NCBI GenBank assembly: GCA_030248215.1 | Contig: JASANG010000611.1 | Coordinates: forward strand, 124,001-188,000 | Length of the DNA stretch: 64,000 nt | DNA from: Enoplolaimus lenunculus | Lineage: Eukaryota | Reading direction: 5' to 3' | Shown here: in pieces, positions 47,217 through 60,712 of the stretch | Numbering within the stretch: the stretch's first letter is position 1 | How the letters are laid out: each line of letters starts with the position of its first letter | Translations under genes and position numbers: made by a program | Notes under the pieces: generated by a model | Told to the model about the DNA's origin: nothing | What the model saw: the letters and a program-made list of their open reading frames with translations, nothing else | The model's database searches: none

Positions 47217-50157
47217 ATGGATCAGCATTTAAATTGTTCAATGACTATTCGCCGCGTGTTTGTTTCGTTCTTAATCTACTTTTTGCTGGTTACGGTGAAA
47301 CGATTCGATTCGAACAGTTATGCAAACGCGTTAGTTCAAAACGCAACGCATAAAGGGTGTCATGGTCATTTTCGGCCGTCATGCATATGTAATAACTATA
47401 TGATTAATTGTACAAGTACGTTTATCGTAAGTGCCGGATGCAGAATTTTGTGTATATTCTTGTCGGTAGAATACTTTCAATATTTTAAGATTCGCTAATT
47501 GCACAGGACCAAATTTTTTTTCAATTTTTTCTGTAACACCGTCATATCCTTTAACTGGCTAAAAACGCACGTCGCACTACAGATGAATCGTTTGCATCGC
47601 GAGATCTTCAACAAGGCATTACTGATCCGGGATACATATACCAAACATACCCGCTTCCCTTGCTCTGTCACTGCGTATTCGGCTTGTATAATAGACTGAC
47701 TCTCGGACCCTCAGAAATTTACATTTGGTTCCGGTATTTTAATTTACCGGATACTGCTATGAAACGAATATCATCGCCATATATTAAACTTTTATTTTAA
47801 CGGAAAAATTATAATATATTACAGTTGGAGTTTGTTGAAAAGGCACCACTAAATCGGCAAATTAAATAAAATGTGACTAAAACCGCTATTCCACAAAAGC
47901 ATTCATCGAATTGACACTGCGAGCAAAGCTTCAGAGTTTTGCGAAGTGTTTATGTATTGTGTTCGAAAGTCGAAAGGTGGACGTCTGTCCGACCATCCGT
48001 TTGACAGGAATATAATGCACCACTGAATGGATTTTAGTGAACATATTTGTTTGAATGTTTATTATCTTGTGGTGTTAAAAAGTTTTTGGTATCGGAGAAT
48101 TTGTGTAAGGTATTTATAAATCTCTATAAGTGATATCTGAATAGTTATCTATTCACTAATGAGCATAGTCGCTATGCCCACTATGGCAGTTTAGGGAATT
48201 AGCGTAATGGATGTCAATTTTAGAGCAACGTTTATGCAACTTGGGCAATAGGGTTTTCGGCATGGTAAATTTAAATATGGGGCTTACATACCGAAACACT
48301 TGCAAATTAGTTAACTACTAGCTAATTACAACATAATGCATGCTAATTATCGCAACAGGGCTTATGATGTTATTACAATATATCCCATTTCAATATTCAA
48401 GGGTTATGGGCTCAGGATTTTATGACACGGGAAATTCGAATGTGCCTTGTACGGATTGCCACACCAGCTTGTTTGCCTTTTATTATATAATTAGCACATC
48501 AGGTATCCCAGTAAGGTTTGTCGTCTTATTTAATCAGAAGTGAACATCATTAAACAACTGTTACAGGGGGGTTGGGCTTGTGAAAAACAGAACCAACTGA
48601 CTTTGGAATGTAAGTAAGTAGGTCACGCCACGCTACGCTGCTCTCAATAAATATAATTTCACTACAACTGGTAACGATTTACATCTAGCAAGTAATTACT
48701 ATATTTCTGCAATTGCTTTATTTTTGATATATCAATTTCATATCCGGTTCCGAACGGATATTATAGTATGTGGCCCTGATGTGCTGGTTCCTCAACAAAG
48801 TTTGATTGATAGTTACAATTCTAGAATCAGGACCGAAAATCCACAAATAAATAAATTTTGTTAGCCAACACATATAGATACCATATAACGTTGCATGAAC
48901 AACTCGTCGACTCACATTTCTTTACCCGAAATCTTATAGACATGACAATTTGTCGCGTTTAATTAGGCTTAGGCTTCGACAACTGTCGAGCGACAAGTTA
49001 CGGAGCTTCTATGTCGTCGTAAACTTTTATAATGCTTGTTTTTTGTTTCAGATGCAGGTTACAAAGATACTGACGTGTTCTTAGCGCTGTCTCACTATAA
49101 TTTCCCACGTGTCGACACAATCATATTTACAGGCAACAATTTTGGTGCTTTGCCTGCAAACAGCTTATTCGGCGAGGGTGTATCGCATAATTCGTTAACA
49201 TTTCTTGATCTCTCAAACAACAATATCACCGAAATTTATCGTCAAACATTTGCCGGCATGCCACGACTTCAAGAGTTGCTACTCAATAACAATTCAATCA
49301 GTCTTCCGATTCATCGGGACAGCCCATCAAATTCAGGAGCAGCGACATTTTCGCACGCTCCAAAAAATACCGTGGGAATATTCTCAGAAGTCAGTGCAAC
49401 CGTTCGAAAATTGTATTTGAGCGAAGCAATCCGTGACGTCAATAATATTACTCATCAACTCGACATACTTCACGCCATGTTGCAAGAGAGCGCTCTCAGC
49501 CGGCTGGATACGTTAATTCTGTCGAATAACGGTCTTCAGTGGTTACCACCGCGTTTTCTGTGTAGTTTCCCAGCACTCAGTCGTCTATCTCTAGCCGATA
49601 ATGATTTAAATGAATTCACACCCGATTCAGACTGTATCGAGTCTCTGGCAGAGCTTAACTTATCGAACAATAATCTAATTTCACCAAATAGCAATTTTAC
49701 CTCGCTTATTGACACAGCAGCAACACAAACTGGGAACTTGCGAAGTTTAGATTTGAGTGACAACGAATTTGACTGTTCCTGCCCCTTGTTGCATTTTGTT
49801 CGATGGTTTCAATCCTCGCGGCCTTCAAGTGGACCTAATGGTGGCAGCTCTGCAGGCCTTTTAGTGCGCCGATCGGCGGTGACATGCAAAGATGCGTATG
49901 ACGCAAGTTTGATCGGGCAAAAATTGGACGATTTAGAGCTGAACTCGCTCAAGTGTGAGACAAATGGATCACGGTATGTCCATGGCGTATACATTGTCAT
50001 CGGATTAATTGTAGTGGGACTGGTTGTACTTCTTTTGTGCCTTGGTTACGTTAATCGTCGGCTGGTGTGTCAGCAAGTGAACCAAGTGAAAATGGGTACT
50101 ATTGGTGGATATGCGCAACTGGAACGTGAAGCACAAGCTGAAGCTGAATTTGTGTAA
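47217..50157 (+). CDS. Single-pass leucine-rich-repeat membrane protein, 5T4/TPBG-like; exons 47217-47415 and 49052-50157
   Basis: Hydrophobic N-terminus; LRR-NT cysteines (C..RPSCIC..INC); IIFTGNNF; multiple LxxLxLxxN repeats; LRR-CT NEFDCSCPLLHFVRW..C..C; TM YIVIGLIVVGLVVLLLCLGYV; short tail. The phase-1 intron A|GTACGT..TTTCAG|AT fits. The start could be Met 47217 or Met 47241. Confidence 0.88.
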
Positions 50158-50781
50158 TCTAAGCCATAAAAACCAATTTTTCCACACTGACCGTGTTTTG
50201 TGTTTTGACTGGTGTGTGATGTCATGAGCAGGCTTTTCGAAGAACAAGACTCGATAATGCTTCTTTGAACAAGAGAATGCAATTTATCAAAAAATGCGTG
50301 GTGCAAAATATACCGACACGCGTTGAGCTTTGTTCCAACCACCCCTAATTTGGGTGTGGGAATATATGTTGCCAGAAAATACGAGCGAAAATGCGGAGCA
50401 ATGAGTTCATTTTATTTCGTAATACTCAGAGGAATGTGTTTGACCCCCTTCCTCAAAATTCAGAGGTGCGAGGCCAAAAAACAGTGTGCGCCGGTAAAGT
50501 TGCATACGTACTCTTGTAATAGAGTGATGATCCAGTCTTGGCAACCATAATTTAACTAAACCTTGCTTGCATTGGAACTCCGGTTTTGAGCCAAAATACT
50601 AAACTAAGTGTTAATGACTAAAAATTTCAGAATGTCACGGCCAGGCGAGAGTGTGATAGTCCAAAAACCTCGCGTATAAAATGCGGCAACAGACTTGTTT
50701 TGGAATACAATGTGAAACCTAAACTTCAAAATGAGTTCGCTACTAAGCATACTCGCACGCTTATACTCGTATTACTACTAT

Positions 50782-51145
50782 CAAGAGTGGATCCTCTTTA
50801 TAACAAGAGTGTGCAACTGGGTACATTCTGTGTATTAAAGATTGTATACGACGCGCGTTGCGTTTTTGGCCTACCCCAATCCGGCGCGCGTTGCGTTTTG
50901 GCCTACACCCCCTCCTTGTTCAGGGGGTCTTTATGCAGCTTTATATCGCAATCAAGGAGGAAATTGTAACCCCCCTTGTATAAGGGGGGAGGTGTACTGA
51001 AGCATAATGTTAATCTCTTACTTAAAATCCCCTAATTGAAGGGGGTTGGGTCGAACAAAAATGCAACTCGTGCTGGTACATTCTTTAATACACAGAATGT
51101 ACCCAAATGCACACTCTTGTTATAAAGAGTGATCATCCACTCTTG
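50782..51145. mobile_element. MITE with long (~60-bp) TIRs
   Basis: CAAGAGTGGAT..CTCTTTATAACAAGAGTGTGCA..GGGTACATTCTGTGTATTAAAGA and its reverse complement ending at 51145. Confidence 0.75.
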
Positions 51146-53064
51146 CTACTATGAATCAGCTTTTGAGACTGCAACGTCTAAAACAATTCCATTCCTGTTT
51201 GCAGAATTTCGAAAATGGAAAAAAATTTTCTCAACTGGTAAATTTATAAAAATTTTAAAGAATTCGGTTTGTAAACCCAAATAATTTCTTTTTTAAATTC
51301 CTTCATTAGGAAGAATGGCTGGAAATTTTGCACCGTTTTGTTCTATCTCTATTTTGACTTCCGATTCTCGCGACACAACCTACCAAACTGAGTTTTGTGC
51401 TGGAGTTAAAATAACAAAACATATAGTGCAGACTGCATATTGTATATCTTGATCGTTTAAACTCTGGATTGAAATAAAAACGTGTATAGCTTCGCCAGTT
51501 TATGAATGGATTATTTAAGATTGGAAATTTTCTATCATGTTTATACTGCAAGAATACCAGACTAAGAGGGCTGACGCTAAATATATGTCGTTCGGCGTCG
51601 GACGCAGGTCAAAAAGTTTTGTTTATAAATTTTCAAGTGGTGCCATGCGGCGATTTACATGCGTTGCGTTACATGTCCGATAGATTCTGCACGGCACATG
51701 ACTGCATTAAAATTGTCAAAAAGTATAGCCCCACCCAAAACATAGTATTTAAACGCAAACATTGTATATAAACATTTTAGATGCACAATCAAACTGTAAA
51801 GGTACCGTTATACTTGTCGCATGGCGTCGTCCGTCACCATACGGCATCTTACGTGAGTAATACGCGCCCGATGCCGCACCGGTACGCACGGTGACGGACG
51901 GCGCCGGACGTCTTCAAAAGAATAAGCGCCACCCTAAAGCTTTAGCAGATTAGAAATATTAACTTAGCTCTTAGTATTATAAATGGTCAAGATAATCGAA
52001 AATCCTAAATACGAATTACAACGTTCTATAGGAAAAGTTCGTTGAATGATGAAATTTTGAGGTTATCAAACCCTTCCCGCACTCAGTAGACTGTGAGCAT
52101 CTCAGTGTAAAACTGTGAACTCAAAATTTGCGATATAAATCGGATCGGTTTCAATCAGATCTGCGATTTAAGGCAGGATCGAATCGAAAATTACGTTTAA
52201 TCGGATCGTTTTATTTCCATATCGAATCGTTTATTTCCATGTTGGATCGATGAATACTCATTTCATACGAATAACCAATGTCACTTCTAAAATACTTTTC
52301 AATACAATTTTCTTTTATTTGCATTGCACTTAGCATTGCAGCGCTTCTGATTTGGCGTTTTGTAATTTTGAAAACTTAAAACTAAACGTGCTCCAGCAAC
52401 ATGGTGTTTACGCAGTTTATTTACCGAATAATCGCCAGCAAGGTGGGCCCCATGTTAATACTTTGAGACCTATCCGTTTACACCCGCCGTGACCCTAGTA
52501 AATATGCAGTGGAAATGCTTAGCATTCAGGCTGGCTGGCATTCTTCTGTGTTTTCTACTGCAGCTGTCGCAAATATGACAAACACTTTAAACATTGCTGC
52601 AATAAAACGCGTATAAAACGAGTTGAGCCCAGTTCTAAATACAAAGAAACTGTAAGCATTGTATTCCATACAGACGCCAAAGGGTGAACAGAGAGGTGTC
52701 TAGAGAATCGCCCCCAATTTGATTTTTGTCAGTCACTCGAGGACGCTGCCTCGTTGTCTCAAGACCCCTGTACTTTAGTCGGTTTTGGGCGCCCCATCAT
52801 CCAAATTTTCCTATATGCCACTAAAACCTCATCGCCTATTAACATTGCACGAGAGTGCCATTTGCGTCTATGTCTTTCGAGTTGATTCGAAAAATGCTTT
52901 AGGATCAGGTTACTTTTCGCTATTGGAGAGAAAAAAATTATTCGGTTTGATTAGCTCAAATAGTATGAACATTGTTTAAGCAACCACTGTGGTAGGCTAA
53001 TACTAAATTGGTGCCTAGAGAGTTATAGTCTTTGGACTTGAACGGCGTCTTGAGCAGTATATAT

Positions 53065-53439
53065 CAGGGTGCAACCAGAGGTGAAAAATCTCGGAGCCGA
53101 AGGTCAACAAAACTTGCCGGACTGGAGGTGAAGTCGGAGGTAGGCGAAATGAAGTAGTTAAAATGATGTTTTAGTTTGTTAATTTTAGCAAATATCTGTA
53201 ATGTGTTGTTATAATTTGATTGGTTTTACGCTTATTTTTTACTAAAAGGGCAATTTTTTGTCAGAATTGTGCCCAAAGTTGAAACAAAACACGCCAAACA
53301 GATAAACTTAGTGAAACTTTGGCAAAATTTCACTACCGAAATTGCCGGAACCTCCTGCAAAAAATTCAATCCGAGCCGGAGCTGAAGGTCGATTTTCTGC
53401 CGGAGCCTGTGCCAAAGGACGACCTCCGGTTGTAGCCTG
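53065..53439. mobile_element. hAT-type MITE
   Basis: CAGGGTGCAACCAGAGG / CCTCCGGTTGTAGCCTG; perfect 8-bp TSD GTATATAT. Confidence 0.8.
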
Positions 53440-54062
53440 GTATATATAAAACAATTTAATGCGATAACAAATTCAGAATTTCAAACAGCATTTACCGAAC
53501 TCTGCCGCTTTTCAACCACCTGGCGAGATTGTTTTATTTTGAAATTTAATTTTAAACCTGATGTGGATTCCAAAAATTTATATACTATGGTTTTGTCTAA
53601 ACTAAAATAATAGTGGCATTTGATTGGTGATTAAATTTGAATAAAGCAGCCAACAACTTAATTTACAGTTTCGTTAATTCATTATGCCATTGGGCACCGG
53701 TTGTTATCAATGATATAAAAGCCAGGCCCGAAAAAGCCGTTAGGGAGACGGGGTACGCACCTATCTAACACATATACTGGCCCATATACTTATGTATTGG
53801 CTATAATTAGGATCGTAATTATTTTCGGGAGTGCTAAAAACATACTTAAACTGAGATAAAGTCGCTAACGTTTGTTTAAGAAATGAAAGCGAGTAAAAAG
53901 CATGTAGCTGAAAACGAAAATTAAAGACAGATGGTCAACAAAAGTTTTCAAAATGTGCTTCTTGGGCCAATATGTATTTACCGTTTCCGGCAAGGTGTGC
54001 AAACGGATAGTAAAAATAACGTAAATGGAAATGGTTAGTGATCAAAATAACGGAAACGGAAA

Positions 54063-54880
54063 GGGGGGTCCCCATTTGGAGTCCCAATCAATAGGAATCC
54101 GTGTCCCTTAGTCAGCAAGCGGACAGAATCCCTAATCTCTAATTAGAGTTTGTAAATATTAATTGACCCTAATTGTAGTGCACAAATCACTCCAGCACCA
54201 AATAAAATTGAGTTCGAAACTTTAGAGACGTGTTTAAGTTTTGAAAGTACATTCATAAGTATATAACCTTGCATTATCTCTCAAGTTTTCGATACAAGAC
54301 AAATTAACGTTTAATTCAACGGATTAGTTGCAATACCGGATATCAGGGTGTAAACGAATAGTAAAAATAACGCTAACAGAACCGGATACTGATCAAAAAT
54401 AACGGAAACGGAAAACGGATATTGAAGTATAAAAGTTTCAAAAAAATTTTTATTTTTGTGCAAACCAAATTGAGGTATGCAAATATTCACCGAGCTTTCT
54501 ATAATTTTACAGAAATGCGTTTTCCATTTGCGTTATTTTTAACCCGTTTACACTATGATACCCGGTAGTGTAACTATCCATTGAATAAACGTTAATTTGT
54601 CTTCTATCAAAAACTTGAGCGATAATGCAAGGTAATATACTGATGAATGTATTTTCAAAACTTAAGTACGTCTCTGAAATTTCGAACTCAATTTTATTTG
54701 GTCATGGAGTCATTTATGTAGTACAATTAGGGATAAGTGACGTTTATTTGTTCTAATTAGGGTTTATAAACTATAACCACTTCCGGATACTTTTTAGGAA
54801 TACGGACTCCTATTGATTGGGACGCAAAATGGGACCCCCTTTCATTACTCTCTCTCCCTCATATTGGAGTGACTACGGTA
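54063..54880. mobile_element. Inverted pair of CTGTAGTG-family MITE fragments around a central GTGTAAACG-TIR element
   Basis: 54063-54341 and about 54560-54840 are imperfect reverse complements; the centre has GTGTAAACG...CGTTTACAC. Confidence 0.65.
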
Positions 54881-55026
54881 CTTGCGTTCAAGCAAAACCC
54901 TGCGAATCAGGATTAGGTTCCCGACTATAAATACAAAAACTTTCAATTGCGAATAGCAGAGACACGTATAACATTAATTTTGGCTTCATTTAACTATTTT
55001 CTCTTTGAAGCAGTCGGATATTGGAA

Positions 55027-58000
55027 ATGCTGAGCACCCTTGTGTCTTGCGCTGGCAACCCATACTGCGACGAATTTTTCGATAATGTGCTCGAAATTAA
55101 CGTCGGCGGGCAACAGTTCACTATTTTACGTTCAAAACTTAAACGTCATCCCAGTGGACGGCTGGAGCGTCTAGCTCAATTACTAGACTCATGCCGCGAG
55201 CTCCAAACCGCCGGACAACTGCGAACACTTCGCGAACACCAAGACGAACTTGAATTTTATTTGATTCGATCATCGAATTCGTGCTCACATCAGTCGCTTT
55301 TAGGCAACAGCAAAAATGTCGGATTTGAAAATAGTGAAAAACTTGCCAATCGGTTGGATCGTAGATCAACAAGTGATTTTATCTATGCTCGCAAGCTGGT
55401 CCACGATCATTCTTCGTTACCGGCACCGTCGTGCGACACAACCCAGTATCAAATATATTTCGACAGACCTGCATCGATGTTCCAGTACATCACCACTTAC
55501 TATCAAACTGGTCATTGTCCACAACCGACACGGCAATGCCTGGTTGCCCTCGCTGAAGAAATTGGCTTTTGGAACTTGCCCACACAAGCTCTATCGCAAA
55601 CTTTCGCTCATCTGTGTCCTTGCGGAAGGCCGTATCCAGGCGGTGGAGTTGCCAGCCATAATCAAGCGTACAAACACACAGTGGCACGCGTATGGCATAA
55701 CCAAGGAAGACCACGATTAAATGTTGCGAAGACAGGCAAGCCATTGCTAGCAAATAGCGCCTGTAAATCAAATAAAAGGCGCAAACCACGTCGCAGTCCT
55801 ATTCCACCACATCAACGAGTCCTTGCCCGGCGATCTAATTTTCGAATACCTATCGAGCATCCGTATGTAACGGTTGGCGGGGTGTCGCCGCAAGTTATGC
55901 GCGGTCCAATGCGCCGTTCAAGCAAAGATCCTCGCCCGTCAGATAGAAATGCGAACTATACAATTAACGCAATCGCTAACATGAATTTCGGTCTGATTTC
56001 GCAACTTGGCAGGAAAGATACTGATAGCATTGGTGTTGCTCGACGGCTGCCTAGTGAAGCTATACTCGATAAGCGACTGATCACAAAGGCGATGTTGATC
56101 CGATCACATCGAGCGTTGAAACAATTTATTTGGGATATGATGGAAGGACATTCAGGAAGCCGGACGTCAGTGGTAAGTTTATTTCGTGTTATAAAGCAAC
56201 TATCTTTTTCTTTGTAACCTTTACCTGAATAAGTAAATACTTGTCACAAACGCTAAATAACGGCCAAGGGCGTGGAGAGAGTACTTAAGGTCAAACCCAC
56301 CTTGTGATTCGTGTACAGGTTTTTTATACAGAAACACTTTTAGTTGGTATCAAAAGAAACCTTAGCTACGAAATTATTATAGCGAATCACATCTCTTGTC
56401 ACAATTCATGGCAAAACCCAAAGGTAACGATGTCATTCGGGGACGCGGGAACGATGTTTCTCGATGGCTGTTAAACAGGCGCCTCTGCAATTTTATTTTG
56501 AACCGGTTCGATAAGAAATCGTACTTTTGGTATGTTATTATCAAGAGTCAAAAGAGAGACAGAGAGTAGATTAAAAAACCTAGCGAGCGAAGCTAGCGAG
56601 AGGCCTGCGCATTTTTTGTATTTTCAAATTCCAAACACTAAATTTTTAGTGTTGGTCTACGTGCCTATTGCCTTTTTAAACAAAAGAACTGGTATATATA
56701 CTGTTAACCAATACTGTTTTGTGTCCCAGCTGTAAATTAATCCGAGAATCGAAACGAACGAATACGTTGATATTCGAACTACAACTATTTTCGTCTTGAA
56801 GTAGTGCAAGCTCCGATAAATTATCATAACCAACCGCAAACTATGTCTTAAAAACTAACAAAAACAAAACTTTATTTATATAGAATTAAATCTGGAACGC
56901 CCCAGATGCATATTTTGGGCAACTTTCCAGTAATTGACTTTCATTGCAATATTTTTTTAGAACACAATCGAGATTGTTCTGTGAAAACAAATTTACATAC
57001 AAATTGTTGTACATTCACCAACTTTCGCGCATTACGCAAAGAAGGCTGACTACTTTATTCAAAGCTAAAAAAACTTTACTTGCAGGCTTTTCAAATCATT
57101 TCAACACTGTTCATTCTACTCAACATCGCGTTAATTGTGCTCGATTCAATCCCAGGCTACCGGTGGACTGAATACATCAACATCATTCTACTTGGCCAAC
57201 TTGACACTGTCACGGACGACAAACATGATCGACGAAGTTTTTCACGCAACGTCACGGCGTTGTTGAGCGAATTGCGCTACAATGAAACTGGCGAATATAA
57301 ACAAATATTCGACGTTGAAGAATCGAGCGGTGTATCGCGTTAGTTTTCAACTGGAGGGTTTGTGGTTTTGGTATACAAGGGCAGCCCTGCATTATTTATT
57401 ATTTCTGTCCTTTCTGGCACCACTCTGCGGCGTTCGGCAACGATAACGAGAGGTGACCATTATCCATTTATCGCGTTATAGTGCCAATGGTATTCCAAAT
57501 TTTGAATTCTGAAACGATTATATTCTATTTCATCACGGCCAGGGCGAGAAATTTTGAGTTTTGATATATGTATTTAGTGGACTCGCAATATTGGTCGTTC
57601 CAATTTGAAAACTAACAGTCAATAATTTTTTGGAATTTGACACTGGTCAGTTGGTCACAATCGTTTATTATTAATATTGAAAATTCAAATAATTTACCTA
57701 TTTCGGTTAAAGTAATTTTTTAATTGTATATTTTTAGGATTCAGGCAGTGTTCAGGTCCGGCAGTGCCTGTGACTGTCTAAAACGTGTTGCAGTTGCATA
57801 TCCCTTAGTTTCATTGCAAATTGAATTGCACTTTGCACTATATTGTCTGCAGTTTCACGGTACCATCCGTTTGATAATTTTTTTGGAATTACACCATACT
57901 CAAAATTCACTATATTGTTGTCTCTTGTACACTTTCCTTCCACATTTTAAGTTAACGCTTATAGTTAGGCTTTGGTGCAAGCTTAGACTTAGGAAAAGGC

Positions 58001-60379
58001 ATATACGAAGGCTCACGCTTAGTTTAAGGCTTAGGTAAGCCTATTTCTATACCTAGCCTGAGACAAAGCCTGAGCCGAAACGTAAAAGTCTAAGACTTAC
58101 CATTAAATGTTCGGCGTAAAAACATGTGTGACGTGGTTGTCCTGGTGTATATGCAATATATGCAATGCACATCACATTGTGTAGTATGGTTGCCGGCAGC
58201 ATACGATCGTCACATATTGTCGACGTTTAAAGCAGTTGAAGAGGCGGAAAGCCGCTGGGTCGATCCCCGCTCTGTAGGTCCGCTTCTCTAGCTGCTTAGT
58301 TAAAAAGGTCTCAAGTCCTGGTTCATACCTAGACTGACACGGCGGCTACGCCGTGAGCGCAATGGTGAATTGCCGCGCTATAAACACGGTATCTAGTCGA
58401 AAATAGGAAGGACGATTAAGGGAAGATCGAATTGAAAATTGGGGTATGTAAACATGTGAGACATCTTGACCTGGTGCATATACAATATATGCAATGCACA
58501 TTGTGTAGTATGCATGCCGGCAGCATACGGTCGACACATACAGTCGACGATAAAAGCAGTTGGAGAAGCTGGCTACGTGGCGCAGTGGTAGAGCTCAGGC
58601 CTCGCAATCCTAAGGCCGCTCGTTCGATCCCCGCTCTGTAGGTCCGCTTCTTCAGTTGCTTATAGCTGATAAAGGGTTGAAGCCCCGGTTCCTACCTATA
58701 CTGTCATTCAGCAAAGTGCGCAACAGCCAACAATAGAAACGCTTTTGGGTCATAGTCAATTCGAGATAAAATATCAAAACTACTCAGTGGCCTATACCGA
58801 AAGATAAGCCTTGACCGTAAGCCTCTGAGAAAAGTGTACAAGAATCATACTGTTTCAGGCATTGGCAATCTTACATTTCGCGACGTAATGACACTACACA
58901 TCATCGACTGTGTATGTATTTCAGTATTTACATTGGAATTTTTACTCAAAGTTTGGTCAAGCCCTAACCGTTGGGCGTATCTTCGACGTCCTTTGGCAGT
59001 GATCGACGTTTTATCAGTCCTTCCGTCGTACATTGAACTAATTATATCATCGTTAATGACCCTAAACGTTCAAGGGCTCAACACTCTGCGTATCCTTCGT
59101 ATTTTTCGTACATTCCGTGTATTTCGCGTGCTTAATATTGCACGATATCAAAGCAGTTTCAAAGTAATCGTACTGTGTATTAAAGATAGTATTCCTGAAT
59201 TTATACTGTTATTTTTTCATTTATTTGTTGCAACTCTACTGTTTGGTAGCGCGTTATATTATATTGAATCAACACAAAAATCGACACCGTTTTCGAGTAT
59301 TCCGGTCGCAGTGTACTGGTCTATTGGTAAGTGCTTAATAAAACGATTACAATGATATCTAAGCCTAAAAGCGTAAGGGTGAGCCTGTTGCTAACCCTAT
59401 GCCTAAGCTTAAGAAAAATGTTAGTCTAGAGCTTAAACTGACTCTATTACAGCCCCGAAGAAAAATCGATCCGGCCTTTCTATACATGGGTCATATTTCT
59501 TTGCTTAAAGATATTCTCACTAAAACTCTTCCAGCACATAGTGATTGGAATTATAAAATTGGATTACTGTTAGGCGTTAGGCGTTTGATTCCGTTGCTGA
59601 ATATTCTCGTCGCAATGTTTTAATCATATTGGAATACGAGTCTTTTTTAAAACATCTCACTCACAAAAAGTCTTGCCTACGACGTGAATGAAACAATAAA
59701 CGACGCAAAGGATTGCGCTTAGTCTTTGGTTTAGGCGTAAAGTTTAGGCGTTGCAAATTAGTAACCAGCGCTGTTGGAGACTTTTTCTTTCTATCAAAAT
59801 GATACTTGAGCGAAGAGAATGTAAGCATTTACAGTCTTTGATCGGTGTTGTAAAACTTTGATTTAACCAAAACTTTGTTTGTTCCCAAAATTAGATCACA
59901 ACATCGTATAAAATATTTTGCAACGGAAACATTGCGCAGGAATTATTACCCTACAGCCGAGTCGGCAAAACCTTTCGTTTTAGTGTTTGAAACTGTTGTA
60001 AATTTTAAATATAACATTTCGGCCTACGACAACAACTTGCCTCAGCCGAAGTCTTTGCCTATGCATAAGCCATAGCGTTAACAGAAATTGTAGAATAAAG
60101 TATACAAGAGCCAATTTAATAACATTTATTTAAAATTTACGCATACTGAGTGTGATCATTTCAGTGACGTATTTCTCGTATGCTGAAACGCAACCAACAT
60201 CAACAGCTGGTAAATTAGTCGCCGCTGCTGCGTCGATATTCGGAATTGTTCTTATGGCACTGCCAGTGAGCGTCGTTGTTGACAAATTTTCATATTATTT
60301 CAAGTTGCATCGCTACGAAATGTTGATGCGAAAACAAAAGCAACACGCACGTCAGTCGTTGAATTTGCCGCGATTCTGA
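55027..60379 (+). CDS. Voltage-gated potassium channel family (Kv, T1-containing) subunit with non-canonical pore; exons 55027-56172, 57086-57329, 58859-59326, 60165-60379
   Basis: T1 (INVGG..HPSGRL..YFDR..YYQTG..EEIGFW); S1 (IWDMME..FQIISTLFILLNI); S2 (CISVFTLEFLLKVWSSP); S3 (IDVLSVLPSYI); S4 (LRILRIFRTFRVFRVLNIARY); S5 (LFGSALYYIE); pore helix (FSSIPVAVYWSIVT); S6 (GKLV..FGIVLMALPVSVVV). An upstream exon is possible and the exon-2 donor (GTGTAT) is weak. Confidence 0.88.
58115..58706 (+). mobile_element. Second, older copy of TRIM family 1 in Kv intron 2
   Basis: LTRs 58115-58339 and 58447-58706; 107-bp interior with CGGCGGCTACGCCGTGAG (58340-58357) and GAAAATTGGGG; TSD TTCGG / TTCAG; GGCTACGTGGCGCAGTGG...GTTCGATCC in the 3' LTR. 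Confidence 0.82.
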
Positions 60380-60460
60380 ACATTATCTGTTAATGCAATG
60401 ATAAACGTTATGCATATGATAAAAAATTTATAGTACAACAGTTGTACTTATAATAAATTG

Positions 60461-60712
60461 GGCCAATGTTATTTTAATGGGCGTAACAATAGATTAAGCG
60501 TATTCCTAAGCCTAAGCCTAAGTGTTGCAAAAACGTATTCCTAAGCGTAAACCTAAGCCTAAGCCTAAGCCTAAGCGTAAGCCTAAGCGTTGCAAAAACG
60601 TATTCCTAAGCCTAAACATAAGCCTAAGCATTAGCGTAATATGGAATCTAATGCTACACTTCTATAGACCCACCAGAAACCTGGACGCACTCCCCTTAAA
60701 GTAACATGGACC
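60461..60712. mobile_element. Telomere-repeat-bearing MITE (Merlin-like)
   Basis: GGCCAATGTTATTTTAA ... TTAAAGTAACATGGACC; perfect 8-bp TSD ATAAATTG; many GCCTAA units. Confidence 0.82.

Noticed and set aside
1338..60379. All five genes co-oriented, suggesting a nematode operon
   Set aside because: Intergenic gaps are 5-10 kb and repeat-filled, five co-oriented genes can arise by chance, and SL2-type evidence cannot be seen in DNA.
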